A DNA stretch of 64,000 bases from the human T2T-CHM13v2.0 reference genome, Homo sapiens: the NCBI RefSeq assembly GCF_009914755.1, contig NC_060927.1. The stretch is one strand, 5' to 3'. Shown piece after piece: positions 25,565 to 38,639 of the stretch (the first letter of the stretch is position 1; each line of letters starts with the position of its first letter). The notes beneath the pieces are model-generated. The model was not told where the DNA came from and did not search any database. It worked only from the letters and a program-made list of their open reading frames with translations. A program made the translations under genes and the position numbers.

Positions 25565-27862
25565 TACCCCAAACTCTGTCTCAGTGTCAGAGAAGCCAAG
25601 CTAGGGCAGTATTACTTTAATACAAAGATAACCTGAAAATATTAAACAATAATGTAGCATGCCCTGAAGTAAAGAGTAAAACAAAATTCATAAAGGATGT
25701 TTTACATAGACTTTTACATCAAGTATAAAACCTTCAAATTATTTTCATTTACAAAGGGAAAGAATTGTGTGTGTGTGTATTTGTTTTTCTAAGAAAAGTA
25801 AAATAAAAACAGACACCAGAGCAAAAGTAAAGAAGCAGAGGCAAGAATATGGGAAGATAATCATAAGTATAACAATAATTTTATGAAATATTGAAAGTAT
25901 GGTTTAATTAGGTAACATAAAATTGCTGATTATGTGGAATATCCATAATGCAGGGAAAATAAATGTTCCAGGTAAAAGTTCTGCTGTGGTCTATCTTTAG
26001 ATAGAAAACACTGTGTTCCAAATTGTTTACTGTAATTAAATCATGAACTTCCTATTAAGCTTAATCTACTTGTTGCAATTGTGAAATATGCTTTCTTTGT
26101 TCTAAAAGGTATCTAGATTAAATCCAGTGCAGCAAACATTCCTTTCTTATAACAAGACATTTTCTACAGATTTTTTATTTGTAACCCTTATTTACACGTA
26201 TATTACACATCAGTGACAAAGTTTGGGATTACCATGGCTCCAAAGATCTTAGTTTATCATAATGGTACCCAAACAGATCAAAGGTTAAAGTGAATGAGAG
26301 AAGCAGGGTACAGACAGAAACAATTAAACATTACCATCTGGACTTTACTCTCAAATCAACCTCAGATGAGGGTGTGACCTTGAGTAAAGGTCTCTTCCCT
26401 ACTTAGTGCCTAAAGTAGCTCCATTGCCTATAGGTTCAGGTCTAAATTCCCTAATCTGGCTCTCAAGATACTCTGCCATTGGACTCAAATCTATGTTTCC
26501 AGACTCTCTCTACTCTTCAACAGTACTTGCTCTCTTTAATTGTCCATTTTCTCTTCTGTAAAAATGAGGGTTAAACCAGATGACCTTTAAGTTTTGAACT
26601 TTGTCTTTTTAACATTTTGAAAGAGTGGACGTACAATGAGCAAAAGAGTGGGGGATAGTCATGCATATAAGCTTCAGGAGAAATGTTTGTAAGAGCACCA
26701 GTTTTCAGTTGTAAGCCATGCCCTTCTGTAGCCCATCCCAAACACCCATGTATTCTGGCATGAGAAGCGATACCCTCAGCATGCACTCAGAGTAAAGATC
26801 ACTCATTTTGCAGGGCATCCCTTCCTTACCGCTGTGATCGTGTTCTCCCCTCCAGCAGAGAGGAAAATACACAGACCTTTTAATAGGTTTATCTGGGCTC
26901 AAGTCATACTTTTAGCATAAACAGTAAGTTCCTTTGAATATACAACGTAAGTCCTATGAGGTTCTTTACATTGCTGGTGAAAGGAAGACAACAGTGTGAA
27001 TTATGTATCAATAAAGCTATTAAAAAAAAGATGACAGTAGCTGCCTTAAAAGGTCACTGTAGAGAGTGGTCATGATATGTCCAGAGAATCTGAATTTAGG
27101 AATTACTCAAGTCAGCAGCTACTGATACTCGCAATAACATATGTTAAAATGAGCATTTTAGAGTTTTCAATTCTCTTTTACTAGCATTTGCTTCTTTAAT
27201 CTCCTCGGCAGAATTAATGAATCTAAAAAGCAAATAATAAAACCAGGGAGGTTTATAAGAATGTACCCACAGAGCATGTAAAACCATGAAATTATCTTTC
27301 CTTTTCCCCTCATGCCTCAGCTGATTGGGGAAATAAATGAATCTTCGGTAAACATTCCTGGCATCAGATGATATTTCTAAGAATTGTATTATGCCTCCAA
27401 CGTCTGTGTAAGTTAATTATCTTCATGAATATTGGTAATTATTTGGAAAGTGTGCTCCTAAATCTACTCAAACCATCATTGAAGACTCAATCAGGAGTCT
27501 ATTCGCACTCAAAGCAGATGTGAAGTAAGTTATCTGCTATATGTGTACCATAGTCTTTTCACATGAAAATGGGGCAGTTATGATCGGGTAAAGGTAGGAG
27601 TGATGGTTTCATCAAAAACGGCTTTGAGAGCCTTTAAAAATCATTTAGTATTAGACCTAGAGGAAAAATTAGAGAAACAGTAATTTAATTTACTCCTCAT
27701 TTTCATTTGAAGTTACTGGGGCATAGAATTTTAAATAACTTACCCAAAACCACAACTTTGTGGCAGTGCAACTCAGACTAAAATCTTCATGGCTTAACTT
27801 CCACATAAATATCCTTTCCACATACTACCCTGCTTCACCATGGCAAAAAAAAAGATAGGAAA

Positions 27863-28012
27863 AGCAATAGACATGGGAGTGCAGCTATCTCTTCAATATA
27901 CTGATTTCCTTTCTTTTGGGTAGATTACCTAGCAGTGGGATTGCTGGATCATATAGTAGCTCTCTTTTTAGTTTGAGGAACCTCCAAACCGTTCTCCATA
28001 GTGGTAATACTA
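27863..28012 (-). mobile_element. L1MA-type fragment (ORF2 3' region)
   Basis: catgggagtgcagctatctcttcaatatactgatttcc...gtgggattgctggatcatatagtag...gaggaacctccaaac. Confidence 0.8.
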
Positions 28013-28154
28013 AAATAACACTGACACACACTTCATGTCACTGGGCGCATTAAAATCCGGATGTTTAATCTTATCATGTAAACATATATTTCCTCTCCTG
28101 CTGCCAGCCCAGAAGCTAAAGAAAATGAGAACATGCCAGAAGACACAAGTGTGC

Positions 28155-28576
28155 TAATATGGTTTGGGCCTGTGTCCCCGCCTAAATCTAACAACGAATT
28201 GTAACCCCCAGTGTTGGAGGTGAGGCCTGGTGGGAGGTAATTGCATCATGGGGGCAGTTCTCATGAATGGTTTAGCACCTTCCCCTCAGTTGTGTTCTTG
28301 TGATAGTGAGTGAGTGAATTATCATGAGATCTGGTTATTTAAAAGTGTGTAGAACCTCCCCCCCTCCGCTCCTCCTCCTGCTCCTGCCATGTAAGATGTG
28401 TCTGCTTCACCTTCACCTTCCACTGTGATTGTAAGTTTCCTGAGGCCTCCCCAGAAGCAGAAACCACTATGCTTCTTGTATAGCCTGCAGAACCCTGAGC
28501 CAATTAAACTTCTTTTCTCCATAAATTTCCCAGTTTCAGGTATTTCTTTGTAGCAATGTGAGAATGGACTAATACA
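28155..28576 (+). mobile_element. MSTA-like MaLR solo LTR
   Basis: taatatggtttgg...tcatgaatggtttagcacc...gaggcctccccagaagcag...ggactaataca; perfect 5-bp TSD tgtgc (28150-28154 and 28577-28581). Confidence 0.93.
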
Positions 28577-28594
28577 TGTGCCCTATGGAACCCT

Positions 28595-28820
28595 GTGGTA
28601 TTATAGGAAGAATGCAGGCTTTGACTCCAGAATGATAGGGGCTTAAATGACATTTCAGTGTAACTTTGAGTTTATTACTCCACCAATATGAGCCTCAATT
28701 CCCTGTCATTCCAACAAAGTGGAGACGACACCTGTCTTGAGGGATCAACAAGGAAGCGGAGAGTGCACATGTAAAGATTCTGGCACATAGTAGGCATTCA
28801 ATAAATGCCACTTATTATTA
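28595..28820 (+). mobile_element. MIR SINE
   Basis: tgagcctcaattccctg...catgtaaagattctggcacatagtaggcattcaataaatg. Confidence 0.7.
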
Positions 28821-29523
28821 CCTCTGAGGCTCACTCATGGCTCAGCCATTTGGTTCACCATCACCACCATAAGGCCGTTTGGAGAGGACTGAGAATATCA
28901 CACTGAGAAAAGGCTTGAGGTCTAACTGCCCCCAGCTGCAATAGATATGGGACCTTGGCCTTCCTCTTGCCTTGCTTGGGCCTTGGCTTTGGTCCATAAG
29001 TGGGGGCTACATCCTGCTTTCTTTACCAGCTGGTGAACTTTTGAGGATACTTTTGTTTCCCCAGTGCTTTTCCCAGAGGCTTATAAGAGTCTTAAATCAA
29101 TCCATGTGTATGAAAGGAGAAGAACACTGCAGAGGAATTCAGAGTAAGGGAGACCCACCTGTCCTGTCTTTCCCTTCTGTCTCAGGGAAGCATTCTCCTA
29201 ACTACCCTGAACACTCCTGCTCTGAGGCGTCTGGGCATTTCATTGTCTGCATTGCTCTATTTCTAATACACACACCCTCACAGAATTCCACAGCTCTCAC
29301 ATGTTCAATTTCATCTGAAAAAGTCACATTTTCTCAAGAAAGCTAAGTTCATGCTCTTAGGCAATAAAAATACCTTGTTTGTTTATTCATTTCCTCCTCC
29401 ATTCCCAAACCCCATATTATATGCCTTGGTGTGATTTGAAAAAGCTGTTCTCAACAGCATCTCCCCTCCCTCCCCCATTTCTTCTTTGAAAATATAGCGT
29501 GACATTACTAACCAAAAAGACAT

Positions 29524-29537
29524 CTGCCATCTGGTGA
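29524..29537 (-). promoter_or_regulatory. Candidate CTCF motif
   Basis: Reverse complement TCACCAGATGGCAG, one mismatch to the core CCASYAGRKGGCRS; motif match only. Confidence 0.4.
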
Positions 29538-30010
29538 AGTCCTATTTTTACTGCCAAGGAAGCCAAAATATTAATTACCTTAAAATAGTAACACCTTTTT
29601 TTTTCTACTGATCCTCTTTTTTTTAGTCTTTAACATTTATACATTTACTTATTTTTAAAATACGACACAGTTATATTATTATAATTATCTTTTAATTTGA
29701 CCCTTTTTACTTTTTAAAAAATGTTTATCTTTATTTTAGATTCATAGGGTACATGTGCAGATTTCTTACATGGCTATATAGTGTGATGCTGAGGTTTGGG
29801 GTATGACAGTCTCTGTCACCCAGATAGTGAGCACAGTACCCAACAGGTAGTTTTCAGCTCTTGCCTTCCTGTCTCTCTTCCCCTGCTAGTAGTCTCCAGT
29901 GTCCATTGCTCCCATCTTTATGTCCATGTGTACCCAATGTTTAGCTTCTACTTATAAGTGAGAACATGCAATACTTGGTTTTCTGTTCCCGCATTAATTT
30001 GCTGAGGACA

Positions 30011-30137
30011 TTTTTTTTTTGAGACAGGGTTTCACCCTGTTGGCCAGGTTGGTCTCAAACTCCTGACCTCAAGTGATCTGCCTGCCTCGGCCTCCCAAAG
30101 TGCTAGGATTGCAGGCATGAGCCACTGCACCCAGCCC
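30011..30137 (-). mobile_element. Alu left monomer only (AluS-like)
   Basis: T10 then gagacagggtttcaccctgttggccagg...gagccactgcacccagcc. Confidence 0.88.
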
Positions 30138-30512
30138 AAAGGATGTAATTTTCTTCTCTCTTATAGCTGCGTGGTATTCCACGGTGTATATTGTACCACA
30201 TTTTCTTATCCAATCCTCCATTGATGGGCATCTAGGTTGATTACATGTCTTCATCATTGTGAATAGTGCTGCCATGAACATATAAGCACATGTCTTTTTG
30301 GTAGAATGACTTATTTTCCTTTGGATATATACCCAGTAATGGGATCACTGAGACAAATGGTAGTTCTGTTTTACATTCTTTGAAAAATCTCCAAACTGCT
30401 TTCCACAGTGGCTGGACTAATTTACATTCCCACCAACAGTGTATAAGCATTCCTTTTTTTCTTCTTCAGCCTCACCAGCATTTGTTATTTTTTGACGTTT
30501 AAGTAATAGCCA

Positions 30513-30815
30513 GCTGGGTGCAGTGGCTCATGCCAATAATCTCAGCATTTTGGGAGGCCGAGACGGATGGATTACTTGAGTTCAGGAGTTCAAGACCAGC
30601 CTGGGCAACATGGCAAAACCCTGTCTCTACAAAAAATACAAAAAAATAGAAATTAGCTGGGCGTGGTGTCACATTCCTGTAGACCCAGCTACTCAGGAGC
30701 CTGAGGTGGGAGGATAACTTGAGGTCGAGGCTGCAGTGAGCCATGATCGCACCACTGCACTCCAGTCTGGGTGACAGAGTGAGGCCCCATCTCAAATAAT
30801 GATAATAATAATAAT
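30513..30815 (+). mobile_element. AluJ
   Basis: Full dimer with gaggtcgaggctgcagtgagccatgatcgcacc; (TAA)n tail; TSD agtaatagcca (30502-30512 and 30816-30826). Confidence 0.92.
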
Positions 30816-32419
30816 AGTAATAGCCATTCTAACTCATGTGAGATGATACCTCATTGTGGTTTTGATTTGCATTTCTCTACTGTTTAGTGATGCTGAACAT
30901 TTTTTCATATGTTTGTTGGCTGCTTGTATGTCTTCTTTTGAGAAGTGTCTGTTCATGTCCTTTGCACACTGTTTGAAAGGATTACTTCTTGCTTGTTGAA
31001 CTGTTTAAGTTCCTAAGAGATTCTGGATGCTAGTGGACCCCTACCTTTCACCATATACAAAAATTAACTCAAGATGGATTAAATATTTAAATGTAAGTCC
31101 TCAAACTATAAAATACTAGAAGAAAACCTAGGAAACACCATTCTGGACATCAGCCTTGGCAAATAATTTATGGCTAAGTCCTCAAAAGCAATTGCAACAA
31201 ACACAAAAATTGATAAATAGACCTAATTAAACTAAATAGCTTCTACATGGCAAAAGAAACTATCAACAGAGTAAACAGACATGCTACAGAATGGGAGAAA
31301 ATATTTGCGAACTATTTATTCTCTTTTATAAATGTCTTCAAAATATGTTTGTCAGAAACAGTCACAGGGTATTTGAGATTAAGAGGTGATCACCCAACCA
31401 CATATGTCATAGATACTCCTGTGATTTAATTATCACCCAAGAATTTAAACAAAATAAAGGTCCAAAATATGCATTTGGAGGTTCAGAAAATAAATGACAA
31501 ATTGCAACTTCTAGATTTACATAGACTGAGCCTTCTCTAACGCTGCCAGAAGACAGTCTGAATATTGAAGCCTTTGTCTCTTTTGAGCTTTTTAACACAT
31601 TTGAAAATCAACACCTTGAAAACCTTTAGACATTTTCCATCCTAAAAGGTAGAGTTGATTTTTACGTATAAGGATTTGTGATCTCCAGCATCAGGGAATG
31701 TACCTGTCTGAATGAACTCTGCTGAAAAAAATGCATCTTCAACTCCATCATCATCTTCATTGTCACCATTTATCAGGAGTTTACTATATATCTGAAATTG
31801 TACTAAGAGCCTTACATGTTGCAATTCACTTAATTTTGACACTAACTCTGAAAATGGGGTAATGTCAATCTTATTTTATAAGTGGGAAACTGAGGCACAG
31901 AGAAGCTTATTTCCTCAGTCATGCAGGTAGAACATACAGAACCATAATTCAGATTCAGGTAATCCTGGTTCTCAAACTCATGCTGTCACCACTACCAACC
32001 AATTTCTCACTGAGGTCTTGATGTCTGTGACTGATGAATTATGTCTTCTAGAATCTTAAGAATTGAGATATAAATTAAAATATCTATAACTCATTTGTTA
32101 ATAAAAGGAATTAATAGAATCATGGGACACTGTGAAAACCATGATATTCTAAAATAGAAAATGAAATCATGACACTAATAAATTTGTTGAGTCTGAGATT
32201 TTTTTAAAAAAGCTAATATGTACTTTTTAGGCTCACTTCTTGGAGGGGAGCCCTCTCTAACTGTCAGGGACTAGAGATTTCCTGCTGCTGTTGTTTGCTA
32301 ACACCCTACTCAGCCTGCTTAGGAACATGTTGACAACATTAAAGATAGGCTGGATGTACTCATGAAAAGATAAATATTAAAAATGAGCTGGAGGACAGGA
32401 GGGAGGCTTTTTGTTTTTC

Positions 32420-32422
<3 letters not shown>

Positions 32423-32459
<37 letters not shown>
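32423..32459. repeat. (TG)n microsatellite
   Basis: Uninterrupted TG run of about 18 units. Confidence 0.95.
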
Positions 32460-32461
<2 letters not shown>

Positions 32462-33224
32462 AGCACATGTCATTAGGCAAACAAACAATGCCATTTTCTG
32501 TTGCTTTGTTTCTGAAACAAAAATGGTAGTGGGTAGAAGAAATCAGCAACTTTACAGTCAGAATCAGACCACTAAAACCCTCAACAGGCATCAAACGCTT
32601 CACTCAAAAAAACAGAAACAGAACACTTGGAGACAATACTATGGTAAAGATGTTTCTTTCCCTCTGATCAAACCTACCCTGAGAAAAGAGATTTACAGAA
32701 TGAAAAAGATATGTTTGTACATTGCTGCCTTAAAAAGTATTTCTTGGCTTCACGTTTCCCCTTACTATTAAATGAATGTGTGACAATGTGAAAATTTTAT
32801 CACTTGCTAAACTTTTAGTTCACTTCAACAGATGAGACCTCTTGTAGGTTTTGCTGAAGGTGGAATTGGGCTTTTCAGGATGAGTCTGTCTCCATCATGG
32901 ATCCTCAAGCAACTGGTAGAAGCCAAAGAATAGAAAATGCTGGAACTTAGCATGAGGTAATAAAGAACTTAAAGTTAGAAGAAACTTACTCTAGCTCATC
33001 GTCTGCATGTGAACGGAGAAAAGACTATGCTTAGTTGTTACTGGCAACGACTTCTTTCTTACAGCTCACGGGAAACTCTTAAAATTCTTTTTAAAATATA
33101 ATTCCTCACCCGTGTGGTACACTATGGAATACAGAAAGTTGGAGTTGCCTTTTTTCTAGTTAAATGGCGGACTTTTTTTTTTTTTTTTTTTTACCTATTC
33201 ACATAGATCTTGTAGTTATGTACT

Positions 33225-33560
33225 CATCTTCATTCAACCCTTCATTAAATCATTTCATAGGTAATTATAGAGCACACACCATGTGCCAGGGGCACTTCTA
33301 GGTCTGAGAATACAAAGATGAATAGATGAGTAAGATGTGATCTGTACTTTCAAGAAGCTCACATTCTAATTCTATCTAGTGTGATTAATGAGCCTTTAAC
33401 AGGGGAATGTACACAATGCAGCAGAGGTGAGCGTAAGGGATACAACTCTACCCAGGAAGGTCAAAAAGGGCTTCACACAGAGTGAGGCTTCAGCTGAGAC
33501 CTGATGGATAAAGAGAAGTTCACCAAGTAGACATAAGGAAAAGGGGCTGTCCAAGAAAAA
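33225..33560 (-). mobile_element. L2 fragment
   Basis: cattcaacccttcatt...agagcacacaccatgtgccagg...caagaagctcacattcta...gggcttcacacag...cagctgagacctga. Confidence 0.7.
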
Positions 33561-34689
33561 AGTGAATTTACACAAGACACAGGGTGCAATGGTCTTCGTG
33601 CACAGTGGTACCCTTCTGAGTAGTAAACTTAAGGATTCACTGATTCAAGAGATAATATAGGCTGAAAATTAGAAAATCTTTAAAGTATTTTGAAACTTTC
33701 AAAACAACTGACAAATAATAGTTTAATAGAGGAGGCTAAGGAGGGTTGGGGTCCCTCCTGCCCTAAATAGGATTAGGTTTCTCCATTTTTAGATAACTCC
33801 TCTCCCATAATGCATCCCTTATGGCTCACATTAGAAAGAGAAAAGCCATCTTCACTCTGCAAAAGTGATCATAGTAGGTATCCTAAAGAAATATATACAG
33901 GTATTTAACCAGAGACAAACTGATAATCCATATGTAGTCTGTCCAGTTATCCGTCTAAGAGGAGATGGACCTTCAGATATTGCTCCATGCCACCTTCCTG
34001 TCGTGCCCTGCAGCACTCAGCTGGCTCTTCTAACTGCAGTGCCGCATTGCTGACTCACAGGCAATCTGATAACTACCCAGAACCTCACTTTCTTTTTCTC
34101 CCCCTCCACACATAGCTGGCTCTTTCCCCTCATAAATATGGGCACATTTGAGCCTTCTCCCCATCCTGTGTCTTCCTCTGCTCCTAGTTAGAAACGAGTT
34201 TTCTGTATTTATTTTCTAAATCACCAAAGTCACTTTGAATTCTGAATCTATCTTTTATCAAAGTAATAGAACCCAGTTTACACAGCCTTGTCACTGATAT
34301 ACTTAATAATCTTCATTGGTCTCTGCTGTGTCATTGATTTAAATGTGACTCACCCTGCTTCTAAGACTTCTTGCTACTGAACATCACTTGTTGTGTCTCT
34401 AACCATTTATTCTCAAAGACTATTCTCAGATTATGTTTCTAGCCAGATGTTATGTAGTTAGAAGTGTACGTGTTCTTAGTCATATTTCCACAAGGACCGA
34501 TACTGTGCTGCAAACTCAATTTAGAAACATTACCAAGGTCAAGAGAAATGACATCTATAGAATGTCAGAAACCAAAACTACCCTTCTGCCCTACATGAGA
34601 CTAGGTTTTTCTGATAGGGCTTGATCTTGACAAGAAATAACCTCAAGACCAACTGGCAGCTGTAGTCTTTAGAGTATTCAAAGGAATTG

Positions 34690-34860
34690 TATACAGCTGA
34701 ACCTAATGATAATTCTGTGAGGTAGGTATTTGAAGTCCTATTTAATAGATGAGAAACCTGAAAAACACAAAAGTTAAAGGATTTGCCCTGATTCGCACAC
34801 AAGTAAATGGCTAAACACAGATTTGAAGGCAAGTACTCCTAGGTCAAATCCTGTATCAAC
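34690..34860 (-). mobile_element. MIR SINE
   Basis: aattctgtgaggtaggtatt...tttaatagatgagaaacctga...agttaaaggatttgccc. Confidence 0.7.
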
Positions 34861-36566
34861 TCTAGGGTTCTGGAAAAATGAATTTTATTACAGTTTCCTC
34901 TGTGAAAAAGTTAGAGTTATAATCCTCTAATTTTCCATGTCATCTCTAGGCACCTTCCAGGATTCCTATTCTTTTTAATTGAGCTAATATTCCATCAACA
35001 AAAGCAGGCATCTATTTTCAGGTCATGGAATGTAAATCAGCCCAGGTTTTCACATAAGAAAATCAGAGAACCATGTCTGAAAATACATGTTAGCTTAGGG
35101 ACCTAACAAGTGATGTTCAGTAGAATAAAGTCTTGAGGCCAAGGTAAGTAACGTTTGAACGGATGGCATCTCGAAGAGCTCAGAATACAGATCTTGTGTG
35201 ACCATTCTTTGCTCCATTTCTTTTTCTGCCTTTTAGTTTGCTGTCTGCCCTTTTCTAAAGATCTGGTCTGTATTTTCTATCATGCTGAGTTTTAGCATAT
35301 TGGTTCTAAAACACTAAGTAATTGAAATTGAAAAATGGTGATAAGAAGATGAAGTCAAAGTATGTGAAAAATTTTAAAAGCATTATACCAGATCTTTAAT
35401 TTTTTTTCTTAAGATAAAAGAAATGAATTAGCCCCCAGTACTATGATAGGTGAAGCTAATGGCATAAACTTAATTTAAGGTCATAGACCCCAAAAAAGCC
35501 TGTTTTATGTGATGAAGACAGCATCTTAGGGAGCTAAGGGCTCTGTTGTCAAATTTCCAGAGTAGAGATGCGTGATTTATTCTCTAAACTGCTTTTGATT
35601 ACCCTAAAGAAGGAACGGTGGTAATAACTACTGGAAGGCTTTGGAGAAATTAACAAAACTAAGAGAGTAGTGACTGTGGGACCCCTAAATGATAGTAAAA
35701 GGTGAGGGTTTCTAAGTCATCGTATGCTCTGCCAGAGAGATAACATTTGATCAGTAATCCACTGCTTAACAAATGGAACACCAGCAGACATCAATTGACT
35801 CTCAGCAGAATATGTAGAGGGAGGGGAAGCTGAACCAAATTCCCAGCACTCACATGGGTCTATCTGAAGCCAAGTGAATTCTGTGACCTTCTATCAAGGG
35901 AAGCAAGAGTGGGAAATTCCTTTGGAATTACTCAATAAAGCTCTTATACAGACAGCCTAATTTGGTCAAATGCCACCTGCATATATAAATATAATGAATC
36001 CTATATAGTTTTGGGAGAGAACTAAAGAGGCAGTCAGCATCCAGTTTTGAAAAAGGATGCTGCGATTATTCTACATGCTTTCCATTTCGTTGTAACCTGC
36101 CATATTTCCGTCTTTGAAGGATTACTAAAGCCTTGGTTATGCCCAGAAGAAAAATCACTTTTATTATCCTTTTTAGAGTGCTCTATATTCTTTATGTGAC
36201 AAATAATTTTTTAAAACAGTATTTAAATGTACTAAATTAAATATATCATGTGACCTATATGTATACATTGAATATGTCAAAATGAGCAGAAGCAACTTTA
36301 GCAGCTTCGTTCTGCATATCGTTTTACATTTTATCAAATGCTCTCTTATTTGGTTCTCACTATAACCTTCTGAGGTGGGGATACATATTAGTATCCTTGT
36401 ATTAGAAGTGGGAAAGGTGAATGTACATGACTTTCCAAGGTGACATTCAAAATTACTCCATGCAAAATTCAAAAACAGCAGCCATGATACTGAAATCCAC
36501 ATTTCCCAACTATAAATACAGTGCTCTTGCTTCCAAGCCAGGCTTCCAGAGAAATATCACCAAAGT

Positions 36567-36861
<295 letters not shown>

Positions 36862-38149
36862 AGAAATATCACCAAAGATTGCTTATTAGAATTTTCCCTA
36901 GCACTGGTCTTCTGCATTCTTTAAGAACTCACCAGCATGGATATAAAGAGTTCAAATGAAGGTGGTAGTTGGTCAGTCGGGCTACATGTCTCTACTGAGC
37001 ACCTGTTAATTTCTAAGCAACTGCTAATAGTGTTAATAAATGAGACTATGGAAGTAAAGGACATATACAACCTAACCTCACCTCTAGACATACAAACAAT
37101 TGTAATTAAATGTGGTATATTATAAAATACTGACAAGAATAAAGGAAAAAATCACAGCTTATTCTGGGTGGGGTCAGGTAAGGCTTCCCTGAGAATATGG
37201 TACTTGAAATGAGTTTTGAAGTTGGAGGAGTGTGGCCTTAATTTCCATACGGTACATTTTACATGCCCAAATATATAGGACAACTGAGTATAAGTTATAC
37301 CAATTATTAAAATTTTTGCAAGTTGACTGGAATTAGGAGAAAGCAATTAAATATAAGCTACTAATTGTGAAGCATATTAGCTATTCTTCATTCCCCTTGT
37401 AGAAGTAGCATCTGGAACAGACGTGTTAAGGAACGGTCAGCCAGACCCTCAACAATTTGATAACTAATGGCCAGACAAATGAAGGGGATGACAGAGTCAT
37501 GTTTACAGGATAATGAGAAAATCTTTCACATCTGGGACATGTAACAATGGCAGATGGCAAAGGCTAGAGTGAGAGACAAAAAAAAAAATACCTACAGGAA
37601 GCGGCAAGTTCTAGCAGCTGCAGAATCAAGCTCACCTACTGAACTCTTTTGAGTTCATTCAAAAGAAATTTTCCCCTTGACAGCCTCGAAATCAGTAGTT
37701 AAAAACATGCATACTGCACAAGCAATGATTGTCAAGTGTTCACTGAATCATCAGCCAGCAAAACACCATAGCAAAACACTAGAGAATTTGTATAAAACAC
37801 CACGTAAAAGGTGAAGACTTCTTCTGGATCACTGAACAGGGCTTCTGGAACATCTCCTCTGCCCCCATGCTCATCCCATTCTTTCAGGACACAATGGCAA
37901 GAACAAAGGAATGGGCAAGTAATCTAGCAGATACAGACACAAGTGGCAGTTCATGACGCAGAACACGAGTAAAATCCATTACTAGCACCATTTGTCAGGT
38001 GTGCATATGGGTCATAAAACAAAAGAACATAATTCATCCATCCACAAAGAGACAAGTTTTGTCATCATCATGAGTGGGCATCTCAGCAGGAAGTAACCAC
38101 CATTGCTGTTACTAGGGGTAGTAAAAGCAAGGCAACAGAGGCTTTAGTG

Positions 38150-38600
38150 TTTGTGGATTGTTCATCTCTTTGTACATTGATTCAGTTAACTTTTATTACA
38201 CATGTTCTATGTGTCAGGCACAGAGCTAGATACTGGGTATGCAAAGGGAAATGAACCTTATTTCTGTGCTGAAGCAGCATTTCTTATGAGCAATACATGG
38301 GCATCTATGGGAGGGCAGGAGTAGGTCTTAAAAATGAGACATACCCCAGATGAAAAAGAGAGGAGAAGCATGAGCAGTCATGGAAGGGAAAGAGGGCAGC
38401 ATGAGCACAAGCAGAGAGGGAAGAAAACATCAAACATGGGCGCTAGACAAAGATCTCAATGGACAGTGACCTATGAGTAATACAGTGAAGAAAATGAAGC
38501 TCCAAAAGGAGGCAGGGCCATGCAAGAATGCCTTCACATGTCAGGAAGCTTGAACTTCTTAATAGACCAGTGCAGAACCAATCAAGAGTTTTGAGCTAAG
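38150..38600 (-). mobile_element. L2 fragment
   Basis: ttctatgtgtcaggcacagagctagatactggg...agcatgagcacaagcagagaggg...tgaactt...agagttttgagc. Confidence 0.6.
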
Positions 38601-38639
38601 CATCCCTAACTAATTTATTATTTTAATTGAAATTTCCTT

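Larger units (their letters stand above)
29720..31315 (-). mobile_element. 5'-truncated, 5'-inverted L1 (L1PA15/16-like) with two nested Alus
   Basis: Reverse L1 3'UTR and ORF2 end at 29720-31033, then forward-orientation ORF2 piece at 31034-31315 (ORF track: [19 protein letters not shown]). Confidence 0.9.
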
